Assembly: GCF_006345805.1 (NCBI RefSeq)
Contig: NC_043012.1
Coordinates: 9,548,001-9,612,000, forward strand
DNA length: 64,000 nt
Source: Octopus sinensis
Lineage: Eukaryota
Direction of reading: 5' to 3'
The position numbers and the translations under genes were made by a program. The notes under the pieces were generated by a model. The model was not told where the DNA came from. It saw only the letters and a program-made list of their open reading frames with translations, and did not search any database. Below, piece by piece: positions 37,060 through 49,368 of this stretch. How positions within the stretch are numbered: the stretch's first letter is position 1; the number at the start of each line of letters is the position of its first letter.

Positions 37060-38090
37060 ATTAGGGAATAATGGGGGTTGGCGGGATTCCTCCTGAAATG
37101 AAGCAGAAGTGGATGGCGGCGGCTGTCTTCTTCAGTACCAAGGAAGAGCAACAGAAACTCAGAAGCCAAACTGGTGGGACTTGAACTAATAGTCCAAATA
37201 ACTCAGGCTGATATAAGCGAAATATCAGAAATAATCGAACTTCCGAACTAAAAGAAACTGAACGTAACAGTGGAGGGGAGACCCCTCACTTGCTATGGAT
37301 GTGACCAGAAGGAGCACATAAAAAAAAAAGTGCCTTCCAAAGCACAATAGAACCCGGAAAGGAAGCAGAAGTCCCCACGGAGCACGAGGGTGCAGCAGAA
37401 ACAGTAGAAGAGAATGCGAATTAGATCCATCAGATAGTGAGGGAGAGTACACTCGGGTCACTAGAAAAAGAGGTAAGGGTGACTCGTCCTCTAAAGCTTC
37501 AAAAAAGAAGGAAAGAAATAACCAAACAAGAGCAGCGACAGAAGGCAACACACTACAGCAAACATCTACCGGAGAAAGCAACAAAGAAACTCCCAGCAAG
37601 CAGACAAAGGCAGAAGAGCAGACCTCGGAATGGAAGTCAGAATATTTACTATTGTATAGAACGAATGAAGCAGTCGTGAAGACCATCAATAGATTTAAGG
37701 ATGTAATTAGAGTAACGTTGACTGGATCCGAGGATAACTACATCTTCGGTGAAAGAAAGAGATATGATTTTTTCAGAAAATAACACGGAAACATCGTATT
37801 TTACACCAGAGAAGGTAAGGTATAAATATTTACCCCGGGTGGTAAAATATGAGGACATAGACCTGTCCATAATAGAATGGGTTCCATATCGAAAACTTTA
37901 AACGAACTGTAAAGAACAGTAAACGCGATTGCTTGGGGGTAGGGCTCAAGCAAAGACGTCTATCCTCATTATTGTACATTCCTCATTTTTATTCATCGTT
38001 TTATGCTTTATGTCCCCATTTGTACTGTATTGTCTGTCTCTGTATCCTCTTTTCTGTTTTAGGGCCTTGTGCTTAATAGTGAATTAGCAG
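37060..38090 (+). mobile_element. LINE ORF1 (gag-like zinc knuckle) relic with no visible ORF2
   Basis: VGGIPPEMKQKWMAAA..; CYGCDQKEHIKKK-C at 37291 fits CX2CX4HX4C with a 1-nt slip in an A-run. A charged low-complexity region follows, then a T-rich non-coding tail. Confidence 0.6.
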
Positions 38091-38358
38091 TGTAAAGCCG
38101 AGAGTTGCGTATTGTCGATGGTTATTACCAATATCTTGAGTAGAACGACATTTCGAGGATATTACTATTATCCCATTATATCGTACATCGAACGTGCGAT
38201 ACAACATATATATATGTATGTATGCATGTATGTATGTATGTATGTATGTATGTTATGTATGTAGTATGTATGTGTGTATGTATTAATGTATGTAGTATGA
38301 TGTATGATGTATGTATGTATATGTATGTATGTACGTATGTATGTTGTATGTATATATA

Positions 38359-38429
<71 letters not shown>

Positions 38430-38431
<2 letters not shown>

Positions 38432-38600
38432 CATAATGTGTTACCGCGTGTGTACCGTTGGCGATTTTTTCCCCTTCCTTGGATCTTTCCTTTTCCTATG
38501 TTTCTGACGAAGAGCTCCACTCGAAACATTAATCCTTCTTCTTTCTTTCCTTTCCTGAGCGTCCAATAACACTATGCTTGTTGTGTGTTTTCATTTTGAA
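38430..38600 (+). mobile_element. Solo Penelope-like pLTR fragment
   Basis: Same layout as 10995-11160: pyrimidine tract, hammerhead motif, then TTCC(T/C)GAGCGT. Confidence 0.55.
38500..38534 (+). ncRNA. Minimal hammerhead ribozyme motif (core intact, stem III decayed)
   Basis: GTTT-CTGACGA-A-GAG(CTCCA)CTC-GAAAC-ATT-AATC. CG to CA decay at the GUH site; one stem I mismatch. Confidence 0.55.
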
Positions 38601-38608
38601 TTTATATA

Positions 38609-38657
<49 letters not shown>

Positions 38658-38734
38658 ATATATATATATAGATATATATATATAGATATACATAGACATA
38701 CATATATATATAATATATATAGATATATATATCT

Positions 38735-38772
<38 letters not shown>

Positions 38773-38826
38773 CTATCTATCAGCAGACACTACATCTGGA
38801 TCTATCTATCTATCTATCTATCTATC

Positions 38827-38866
<40 letters not shown>

Positions 38867-38887
38867 CTATTATCTATCTAGATCATC

Positions 38888-38929
<42 letters not shown>

Positions 38930-38938
38930 ATTTATAAG

Positions 38939-39453
38939 ATAATTAGTGAATGGAAGAAATGGAGTTGAACGAAGATTGTACAGAATTCCTTTTATTGCAT
39001 TCTACACATGTTTCAAAGGCCACAACTTGCACCTAAATAAGACTCCCTGAATTCTTAAAATATTCAGAGCATTATCTTTGGTTACCCAGAATATCTTCAC
39101 ACCCCTTGTTTTCATTAATTCCTCACCTACTAGATTTGACCGCGGCCTGACCTTGATTTATTCCAACGGACCCTTTTGTCGGCCTCCACCAACCCCCCGA
39201 TTTCAACGTAATTGAGAAACAGTTTACCCCACTACATGGGCTCTTAAGGAGCGTTTTTGTTCGATTTGCTGGCTGCGACTTTGTTTTGTTCGGACATCGT
39301 AATTCCTGGATTTTCCTGAAGAGAAAGCTGCAATATGGTATCCGTATTCAATCAGAATTTGGAAAATTGTGGCCTTTGAAACATGTGTAGAATGCAATAA
39401 AAGGAATTCTGTACAATCTTCGTTCAACTCTATTTCTTCCATTCACTAATTAT
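38939..39453. mobile_element. Non-autonomous DNA transposon, ~515 bp, with ~87-bp near-perfect TIRs
   Basis: ATAATTAGTGAATGGAAGAAATGGAGTTGAACG..GGCCACAA (38939-39025) versus its reverse complement at 39366-39453, with one mismatch seen. Confidence 0.88.
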
Positions 39454-40478
39454 ATTAAACTTCAATTATCCGCGCCAACGCACGGTTGCATCTCCATATG
39501 GTCATAACTCCAACCGTGTTTTTTTCTGCCGTGATTTTTGCTACCAAGGTATCGGTTAAACTTTTGAATAATCCGTAACAAGATAATTCATCTTTCCATT
39601 TCAACAAATATATATATATATATATATCATTCTATCTATGTGTGTTTGTGTGCACATGCACATATACATACACACTCATTTACACGTCGACCTAATCCAT
39701 TACATAGAGACACCATCCGTCAAATACGTCTTACTTATATGATCGTAGTCCAATGTCTGACTACTTTTGAGATGTTTGCTCTGCTTTGTCCTGCTTGGTT
39801 GATATTTTCAGGTGTGATGAAATGAATATTGTTTTTAATTTTGAAATTTAGAATTAATTTGTTTTTATGGTGTTTGAATAGGATAGAGCAACGTGAAATG
39901 AAGTGCCTGGCTAAAGAATTCCTGGAAGTTGAACACACAACATTATGATCGTGAGCTGAACAAAATTTTATCCGAATTCGTGTCGACGTTTCCTGACACT
40001 CTTCTCTGCTGGGTCAGTTATTCAGCTCTGCAGAAACCGTCCAATGACCGTAGATATTTATTAATGGATGTTTCAGGTATTTGTTCGTCTACACGGATTA
40101 GGCGGACAGCAGTGAGTGATATTCAGAGAAAATATTTCTTTTTTTTTGCCATGCCACTTACCTGGATCGGAGTGAAGGTGACTTCTGCCACTTGTTACCT
40201 ATAATGATGTTACCCATATAAGCCATGCAACTAAATACAACTTTTAAGTTTTGAATCTGAATAGTATGGAACATTCGTGTCCAGGAATAAATCCGTTCGC
40301 ACTAGATTTAGAAAGGACATTGTGATATTAAGGACCTGTGTAGGACTGTATCAGATTCTATCAAAGTGATTTTTTAAAGCATCGCTAGCTACTAGTTGTT
40401 CTAATATAACCTAAATTTTAATTAATTCTATAAATCTAAATTAGTTCAACCATATAGTGTAGTGTTTGACAGTTGTAT

Positions 40479-40835
40479 GTGGAGATGCGTGGCTTACTGG
40501 GGTGGGGTATTTGGCTCCCGATCATGGGATCGGGAGTACCATTCCCAGCAGCACATTGGACCCTTAACCAAGACACATTATTTCATGTTGCTCCAATCCA
40601 CTCAGCTGGTTTGTAGAATTGTCTGATATACAGTATAACATAATACTAAATGAGCAGCTAGCAAAAACGAGTAGTACCTGTATTTCAATGAATCACATTT
40701 TCTATCACGCTGATTCTCCCTGTGAACTATATTAAGGGTATGCATATCTGTTGAGCATTCAGCCACTTGCATGACAACGCTGTTCCGTTGATTGAATCAA
40801 GTGGAACCCTCATGATCATAACTGATAGCGTGTCA
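40479..40835 (+). mobile_element. tRNA-derived SINE (head C plus tail T1), diverged
   Basis: CAAGACACATTATTTCATGTTGCTCC..GTACCTGTATTTCAA..GGAACCCTCA. Confidence 0.75.
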
Positions 40836-41583
40836 GTTTCTTCCTTTTTTACAGTTCTATCAAATGTTCCTTTATTTGAGGTGATATTAAGAACTCTTCT
40901 ATTAATATTGCTAATAATTTTTTGGAGTTTATTTTATTTTCTGTGTGTCTTCTTTTTGCATGTTTCGAAGTTCATTATGGCATCTAGGAAGCTGATTGTT
41001 ATGTTAGCACTGAGAATGACGTGACGTTCTCGTTTATTTTGAAAATACTTAATGGGGGCTTCACTTATATTATCTGGGTTTTATTATTTTAAGCTGTGAG
41101 AAATTGCTAGGCCATTATCTCTCCACCAAATCATAAATCTAAATTTAAGTTAATCTAATATGAATAATCCAATTCGATCCCAGCATGAGATCTGGTCAAG
41201 AAGCCCATCATAACTCCAAATTGATCATTAGTATCTTTCCCTCGTGCAGGGTTCTTGATAAAAATCTGTGACAACAAAGGATACCTCATAACATCAACAT
41301 TGATACCGTTAACATCATAATTTTTTATTTCAGTTTTTCATTGAAGCATGGTCTAAAAAAATGGTCAGTAGCGTTGTCTTATACGCAGTATAACATAATA
41401 CTAAGTGAACAGTGGATGGTAAAGCAAATATTTCACTATGATTTCTTGTCTTTCACATATCTTGCCAGCCACGCAAGCAAGTACATTTACACATATGCAT
41501 ACATCTGTTCAAAAACATGACTACAGACACACCTGAAATATTTCCTTGAGCCAAAGGAAATAAGCCCAAGTATATATAATTTT

Positions 41584-42113
41584 ACTAGCAGTATCACCCG
41601 GCTTTTCCCGGGATTAAGTTAGGATTATTAAGATAATCAAGTTCTTTATTTCAAACAAAACTATGTAACATCCACGTGAAAGCTGGGCGAAATCCGTTGA
41701 AATTGGTTTATATATATATATGGGCAACACACACACACATAGGTACGTACACCTATTGCATACATGATTTTTTGTACGCATACATGTTCGTGTGTGTGTA
41801 TGTGTGTGTGTGTGTGTGAGTTGCCTGTGTATCAATAAAACACTTTTTTCCTCGATAGAAAAGAAGACAACAAAAGTCTTAATAAAAACTTACTCGTCGC
41901 TGGAAGGTGACTTAACTCCGGTTTGCAAACAATGGTGATTTCTCCGACTTGAAAATTGTTAAAAGTTTTAGTTGAAAATTTATTTTTACTGCTATTCGCT
42001 GGTGCCTCTGGGGAAAATAAGTTGACGAAACTACAGCTAGGGTCATGGCGAATGTTCTCCTAAACTTGGAGTGACATGCGTGCTAATTTGTCGACGTGCA
42101 TAAATTACATTCA

Positions 42114-42115
<2 letters not shown>
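41584..42115 (+). mobile_element. HINE/DINE-like non-autonomous Helitron-type element
   Basis: 5' ACTAGCAGTATCACCCGGCTTTTCCCGGG with a subterminal hairpin, an internal microsatellite, and a 3' end running into (CA)n. Confidence 0.5.
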
Positions 42116-42178
<63 letters not shown>

Positions 42179-42569
42179 CCTGCCTTTTATATATACAGAT
42201 ACATACTTATAGAATTTATGGCAACTACACGCAAAGAGATACCAGCACACGTACTCACATTGGCTGGTTCGAGCATATATCGAAGCTGTTAAAGCTGTAC
42301 CTTCAACGACTTCATCACACATCTAAGGTGTTAAATGAAGATTTAAACATTTTCTAGATTTGACAGGAGAGCTGAATTTGCATCGATACCTAAACGTAAC
42401 ATTTCTAAATTAGTTAACAGCTAGCTAATTTTATGCTATTATTGTAATCTAGTAAAGTTTTAAGTTCTCTTGAAGGCCAATTGCTATGTTTGTTAATGTT
42501 TCCTAGCTCACTCGTAGCAAGATGTAATGGCCTTTATTTAGTGGGTAGTGGGTAGTGCTTTTCTTCACT

Positions 42570-42870
42570 ACTCCAGGGAATGACGACCCTGCCTGACACG
42601 AGTTCCTGACTCAGCTGGCTCCGGCTGACGGTACCCGGCATGGGCCCCTATCCAGGGTTACAGAAAATAGACAACCTTCAAAGAGATCCGGAGTGGATCC
42701 CCGTAGGCGGTTTAGTGTTCGGCTCGACACTCTTCCGGCAGTTCCTGCAACCAAGCTGGTGCTAAACGTAATGCTCTGCAGTCCTTTGGAGTACATCAGC
42801 AAGGTCGAGAGAGGAATCCTGACGATTGGGCTGCCCAGGATTTTCTTACGTCTAGCTTAGGCCTGCACAA
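42570..42870 (+). mobile_element. GC-rich fragment resembling an RTE-clade LINE 5' UTR
   Basis: GATCCGGAGTGGATCCCCGTAGGCGG and CCAAGCTGGTGCTAAACGTAATGC resemble RTE 5' UTRs as I recall them; no ORF support. Confidence 0.35.
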
Positions 42871-43619
42871 AACTGGAAAGGATTATTTCATGTGCAACTC
42901 CATTGTCTCCCGAGACAAAAGGGTGCCAACAATTTAGTGTTCTGTGAGGCTGCCCGTATGAATTTAAGGGTTAAATTTGTTTCACTACTATCTAAATACC
43001 ACACAGCATAAACTACTTAAAATACTGTTGCTTTTATTTTCAATTTGTAGCGAATGTTATCATTGCTGTTATGTTACTTTTCTTCATATGCTTGGTTAAG
43101 AATTTAGCGAGTGTGACTGCGTCTATTTTGTACTATTTTATGTGAAAATGTAGAAGTTTTGGATATTTTTGTTGTTGCTCGTAATACCTGTTTTCAGTTT
43201 ATGCTGGAAGTTATTACTATTTTTATTAAATGCTATCATGCTGATTGGATTTCAGCTTCAAAATTCTCTCGTGAATCAAGTTGGAATATTCTATCTTGAT
43301 ATTCTTGGTATGTGGTTTAGTAGTGTTCCATGGGAATCCTCAGAAGAGCTTGTCCTAGAGCGTATCGGCAAGTTCTACGTTACGCGTCAACCCATTCATC
43401 GAAATTATTTTGACAACATAAACAATATTTTTGTACGGGAGAGTAAGCTCTTACGTAGTTAAAGATCAATAATTTTTCATTGAGAGCAGCGCTACTTATA
43501 AATTACGCTTAATATGAATGAACAATTTTTAGATACTTCTAAGAACATTCCGATTCCAGCCAAGGACCTTTACATGGAAATATCTATCTATATCTATCTA
43601 TGTATCTATGTAATCTATG

Positions 43620-43721
<102 letters not shown>

Positions 43722-43726
43722 TATAT

Positions 43727-43773
<47 letters not shown>

Positions 43774-44034
43774 TCGTGTCGCACATTAGCTCACTCTCTC
43801 TCCATAAAATCGACGTTGTCTGAACAGGTGCACGGTGTACCACGCGTCAAGTGTCGAAGTGATCGCAGAGCAACGGGAGATGGACAAAATGCACCACCCA
43901 GTCAAGGAATTGAAACCCTGATCGCTAGATCGTAATTAAACATCCTAAACACTAGGCCAATATAATAAAATGGATGCAACAACCTAACCTCTATGGTATG
44001 ATGTGTTTAGACGTGCTTCATTTTACCATTATTA

Positions 44035-44500
44035 TTTTCTCTTACTTGTTTCATTCATTTGACTTCGGCCATTCTGGAGCGCCGCCTTGAAAGATTTTAG
44101 TCGAAAAAATCGACTCCGGGATCCATTTCTTAAGCCTAGCACTGATTTTATCGAGGTCTTTTGCCGAACCGCTACATTACGAGGACGTAAATGCACCAAA
44201 ACCAGTTGTCAGGCGCTGATGTGGGGGACAAACACAGACACAAAGACACACCTACATACATAATGCATACATACACACATACATACATACATACATACAT
44301 GCGTGCGTGCATACATACATCTATACATACATACACGATGGGCTTCTGTCAGTTTCCGCCCACCAAATCTACTCACAAGGCTTTCGTCAGCTCGAGGTTA
44401 TGGTAGAAGAAAGTCGCCCAAGATGCCACGTAGTCGGACTGAACGCGGTACTACGTGGTTGGGAAGGAAACTTCTTACCACACAACCACGCCTGCGCCTA
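44035..44500 (-). mobile_element. SINE family B, diverged
   Basis: Complete motif order with an internal (TACA)n. Confidence 0.82.
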
Positions 44501-45490
44501 TGATAATATGATATGTTTTATGAATGAATATCGAACTTAGGTACAAGGCCAGAGCGTGAAGGGAATTGTAAGTGAAGGAAATTAGTTATATCAACGCCAG
44601 TAGATGGGTTATTCTGTACTAAATTCATCCCGGAGGTATAGAATGTTGATTGACCTCGGCTAGATTTAAAATCAGAACTTAAACTACTGAAGCAATTACG
44701 GCATGACATTTTCTTGGACGCTTGGACGATTGTACCCATTCATCGGCTTTAAAATAAATGAATAATAAAAATGCTTTTCAGTATAAAATATACTATTTAT
44801 TTCACCATTTCATATTACTTCGAATGTATTATTTCAGCATAAGATATATTTAGACATTTTTTTTGTTAATGCGCCAAGTAATACTTTCACACAGATATAT
44901 TTTACCAAATTAATATCATTGTAATACGGTAATCTACATTTCGTGAAAATTTAGAAATCATTTAATGAAAATACTAATAGTACTGCTAAAAGTTGAACAA
45001 TATCCAGATATTTTACGAGACGTTATCACGTTGAATATGGCGTTTCGTGTAAGGAAAATAGTAAACTTTATATTTTGAATAAATCGCTACTTGCACAAGA
45101 GATGAAGATAATATAATATATAGAGAGAAGACCATCACGAAATACTGGCAACAAATGAGATCGCTTTGCTCTCTCTAATTCCATATTTATCTTTCTGCTG
45201 TCTCATCTATCATTTATTCTGTTCTATTTTGACTCTTTCCTGCTCTGTCTGCCCACTTCTTACGTTTTAATTAAAAATATTTTCATTAAAAGCCACCATA
45301 CATAGCATCAATACCTGTCTCCAAATATTCCATTTTGGTATTAAAATATTTGAATCCAGAAGGCTACGGACAACTTCAAAAAATATTTTCTGTATTGCAC
45401 TTGACATATATCGGCTATCGGGACTGTATCTGTGTGTGTGTGCGTTTGTGAGTGTGTGTGTGCGTGTTTGTGAGTGTGTGTGTGCGTGTT

Positions 45491-45528
<38 letters not shown>

Positions 45529-45992
45529 TGCTAATGGAAACATTCACTCACATATCCCCACGGTTGCCATCAGTCATTATTTTAAGATATTATGCCTCTA
45601 AGTGTTCATTCTAGAAGAAGCCCATATGTGTTTTGGTCATTCTAAGATCTTCAGTTCTGGTTATTTTAGCTTTCAGAGATGTTGTCTAATAAGACTGAAA
45701 CACGTTCAGAGCTGTTGTGCCCTATTACCAAAACTCACATTTGCTCTCCACTATATCCTATAATTAATTCATTTGTAATAATTAAAATTTCGAGGTCAGC
45801 ACTCATGCCGCTTAATACGAGAATTAGCCATTATCAGTCAATTACATAATGACTCAAATAATTACTAATGTAACAACATAATTTCAGTTCTTTGTAGAAG
45901 CTCACCGATTTATTTCTGCTTCTATGACTTTAGAAATGATTATATATATATATCTATATATATATATATATATATATACATACATATATATA

Positions 45993-46025
<33 letters not shown>

Positions 46026-46679
46026 CCATAAATGCCGAACATGCCAAACTAACGTAAACTCTCATTCTCACTAGTTTTGTCACCAAACACAGAGAAACGC
46101 CAATGTAAGCACATCGTTCCAACATTTCTAAAATAATGTGATCGATCATAACAAATAACTATCGACTGTTCTCAAAATATGCGTTGTAAATGTAAATCTG
46201 GTTCTTACATAAACATTTCAGTTTTGATATTTCTAGTTTCATAAACTATCCACGAAACATGACATTTAGGACCTAAAACGAAGCTGTTTCCTGCATTTCC
46301 AAAGCGTTAAATGTACTAAAAATCTAACAAAACACATTCTTTATCATTTGGAGCGTCTTTCCCAAATCTGGTTATCTGTTCATTGTCATTAAAGTCTTTG
46401 AGAATCTTCTAGAATCTCCAATAATAACGTTCTTATTTATACACACGTGATGCTTTATCCTTAGCAATATTTCCGAAAACTTTACTTGCATCCATATTAT
46501 TTTGAACAGGTGACACGAAACAGTGTTCTTAATGTTCAGCTCAGAAAAATGTATGGGACAAAGTTTGTGTTATTCTTAACAAATCTCCACCAATGTCAAT
46601 CATAGTAGAAATCTGTAAGTCTCGATGATTGAGTCGAACTAAACGGAAACCCATCCCGAAACAAAGTGTGCATTAATGA

Positions 46680-47095
46680 AAAACTGCATCCGACCTACAT
46701 TTTGTCTTCAACAATTCAGTGCGACACCAGTGCAAAATCACCTCCCTCCGACAAGTCATCCTAACGAGACGTCTGCGTTGGTTGGGTCATGCCCTCCGTC
46801 GTCAACCAGGAGAATTCATCTACGAAGCAATTACCCCAGCTCCCCTTTTGGGTTGGCGACAGCGATGTGGTGGACAACGAAAAACCTGGCTGAAGACAGT
46901 CAAGACTGATCTGGAACCCAACCTAGGCCCCCATATCTACGACGTTCGCCTCTGGAATAAGGAGTGGTTGGAGATTACGCGGTTGTTAGCCTCAAATCGC
47001 CAGACCTGGTCGGCGTTTGTGAGAGATGCAGCATTGAGGATGAATGAAGCCAGCTCAACCCACCCCAGGTGAATGCTGTCTCAAGAAAGGAAGAA
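46680..47095 (+). mobile_element. RTE-clade LINE ORF2 C-terminus and short 3' UTR
   Basis: ORF 46719-47072: RRLRWLGHALRR..GGQRKTWLKTVKTDL..LASNRQTWSAFV. Confidence 0.85.
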
Positions 47096-47779
47096 GAGAG
47101 ACATGGAATTGGGGAAACATCGTTACCTCTCAGTGACAGATACCAGAAATTCGACCACTGGGCAAAAACAAATTGTTTACGATATTTCTGCTAAGCAAGT
47201 TGACAGCAAAGAAGACCAACACTTATAAGATTTAAACACACGTATACATTACTAAATATAGCCAGCCAAGTTAATACTCTCTTTGTTTTCTCACCACTAC
47301 AACTAAGACTCTTAAAACTAACAATGTAAACGTTGAACAATTTCATCTAACATAGCTTCAATACGATTAAATTTAGTTAGCAAATACAATGTCTACACAT
47401 AGATGAAACTCGCTCCTGGTGTACAATGGGATTTAATTTGCTTCGTTCTGACAGGGTTGAATTATAAATTCAATTTCAGGCTACATTTGAATACATATGT
47501 TAGAGCCGTGGGAGCTAACACGCCAACATAATTATCTCGAATCTACATAGATACCGTAATGATATTACGATATAGTTTCAAATCATAGTAGAACTCAGGA
47601 ATTTAATTCTCTTCACTTGCCATCAACATTTTTTGTATAAAATGCCGACACGTTACAGAATCACGCACACACAAATCGATGGATACACATGCACACACAC
47701 GCGGTCATCGTTCATAAACAAATGCACATATACATATATGTAGATATATAGCTGTCTGTCTTTCTCTCTATATATATAA

Positions 47780-47817
<38 letters not shown>

Positions 47818-48687
47818 TATATATTATATATATATACTTATATAGGTATATGTATATAATACATGCACAAGCACGTACATACATGTAATCATATAAATAC
47901 ATGTAGATGTGTGTGTGTGTGTGCGTGTGTGTGTGTGTACATATCTATAAACTTTATCGGGAGTAAATTTAATAATCTAAGACAAATCTTCCTTCACTTT
48001 TGTTCAGCTTATTTTTTTTCCCTTTCCAGTTTTCTTATTCTTCTCAATAGAAAATCGATCAACAATATTTATAATAATTCTTCTCATTTTGTTTTTGTCT
48101 ACGTTTTATCTCTCTTATTTCTTCCAACTAAATATTCTCAGTGACATTGTTTTGTTGTTTTCGATCTATTATATATGGCGTCTGTATTCTTAACTTTGTT
48201 GTGTATCTCTTCTGTATTATCTTCCAGTATTCTCAGACTATATGCTCAGTATCTTTACTTTAAATATAGTTTGTGTCTTCTTCACGCCCCATTTCTATTT
48301 CTCGTAACTCCCTTTCTATCTCTTGTAGACATCGGCTCCATGTCACAGGTCTTCAAGATATTCGCCTCTATCTCTATTGTAACCCTCTTGCATTTTATCA
48401 TTCTTATCTACTTGCTGTACCTATTTTCACCAACAGTCCATTATATATTCTGTCAACTCATTGACACTGGTCTCATTATTCTCTCCGATGCGACTATAAT
48501 CTGTCTGTGTGTGTCTAATCTCTGTCTCTTCTCCAGTTGAGAGTTATTATGAACTTGCAATTGCAGTTAATCCTGAGTCAGCTGTCATTGATCAAATCTA
48601 TGATCAAATTTGTTCCAGTCCTACCAGTATGCATTCAAAACTACACAAACCTTTTGACCTAAGGGTGGGCACACTAATCCCTTAAGA

Positions 48688-48922
48688 TGGTAGGGAGAGC
48701 TGGCAGAAACGTTAGCACGCTGGCCGAAATGCTTAGCGGCATTTCGTCCGCCGCAACGTTCTGAGTTCAAATTCCGCCGAGGTCGACCTTGCCTTTCATC
48801 CTTTCGGGGTCGATTAAATAAGAACCAGTTGCGCACTCGGGTCGGTATAATCGTTTTAATCCATTTGTCTGTCTTTGTTTGTCCCCTCTGTGTGTAGCCC
48901 CTTGTGAGTAGTAAAGAAATAA
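48688..48922 (+). mobile_element. SINE family A (long-tail variant), full length
   Basis: GAGCTGGCAGAAACGTTAGC..GAGTTCAAATTCC..GTAGTAAAGAAATA. Confidence 0.9.
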
Positions 48923-49044
48923 GATAGTAGGGTGTGATTTGAAGTAGTTTTGTTTGTTATTTCTGACATGCTTAGTGTCTGCTTATGAGCCCAACTGTTG
49001 AATCACAATCGAAGTAATTTTGTATTGATGATGTTCTCTTCAGA

Positions 49045-49368
49045 TGTAGAAAGTTAGACCCACTTCGGTCATGAAAAACCATGGGATTGCACCTAGAAAG
49101 TTCCCCTCCGAGACACAAGTCCGGGCAAAGTTGTTTATGGAAGAACAGCAGTCGCCCACGGATACCAGCCTCTCCTCTCTCCCCGTTACCGATAGTAACC
49201 AAGGAAAAAGTAAATGCCGATACAGCTTGGTACCTGTGAGTCTGCGGCTCATTTCTATTGCTGAGTTAACTGGAGCAATGAAAAACTGTGACTTACTGAA
49301 GAATACAACACACAGTTCTGTCTGGGAATCGAACTCACTATCTCTAAAAACTGAGCGATGCGCCTTCA
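49045..49368 (-). mobile_element. tRNA-derived SINE (head C plus tail T3)
   Basis: Minus strand: GAAGGCGCATCGCTCAG..GAGTTCGATTCCC..TTGCTCCAGTTAACTCAGC..CCAAGCTGTATCGGC. ORFs 49071-49403 and 49040-49414 are translations of this SINE. Confidence 0.75.
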
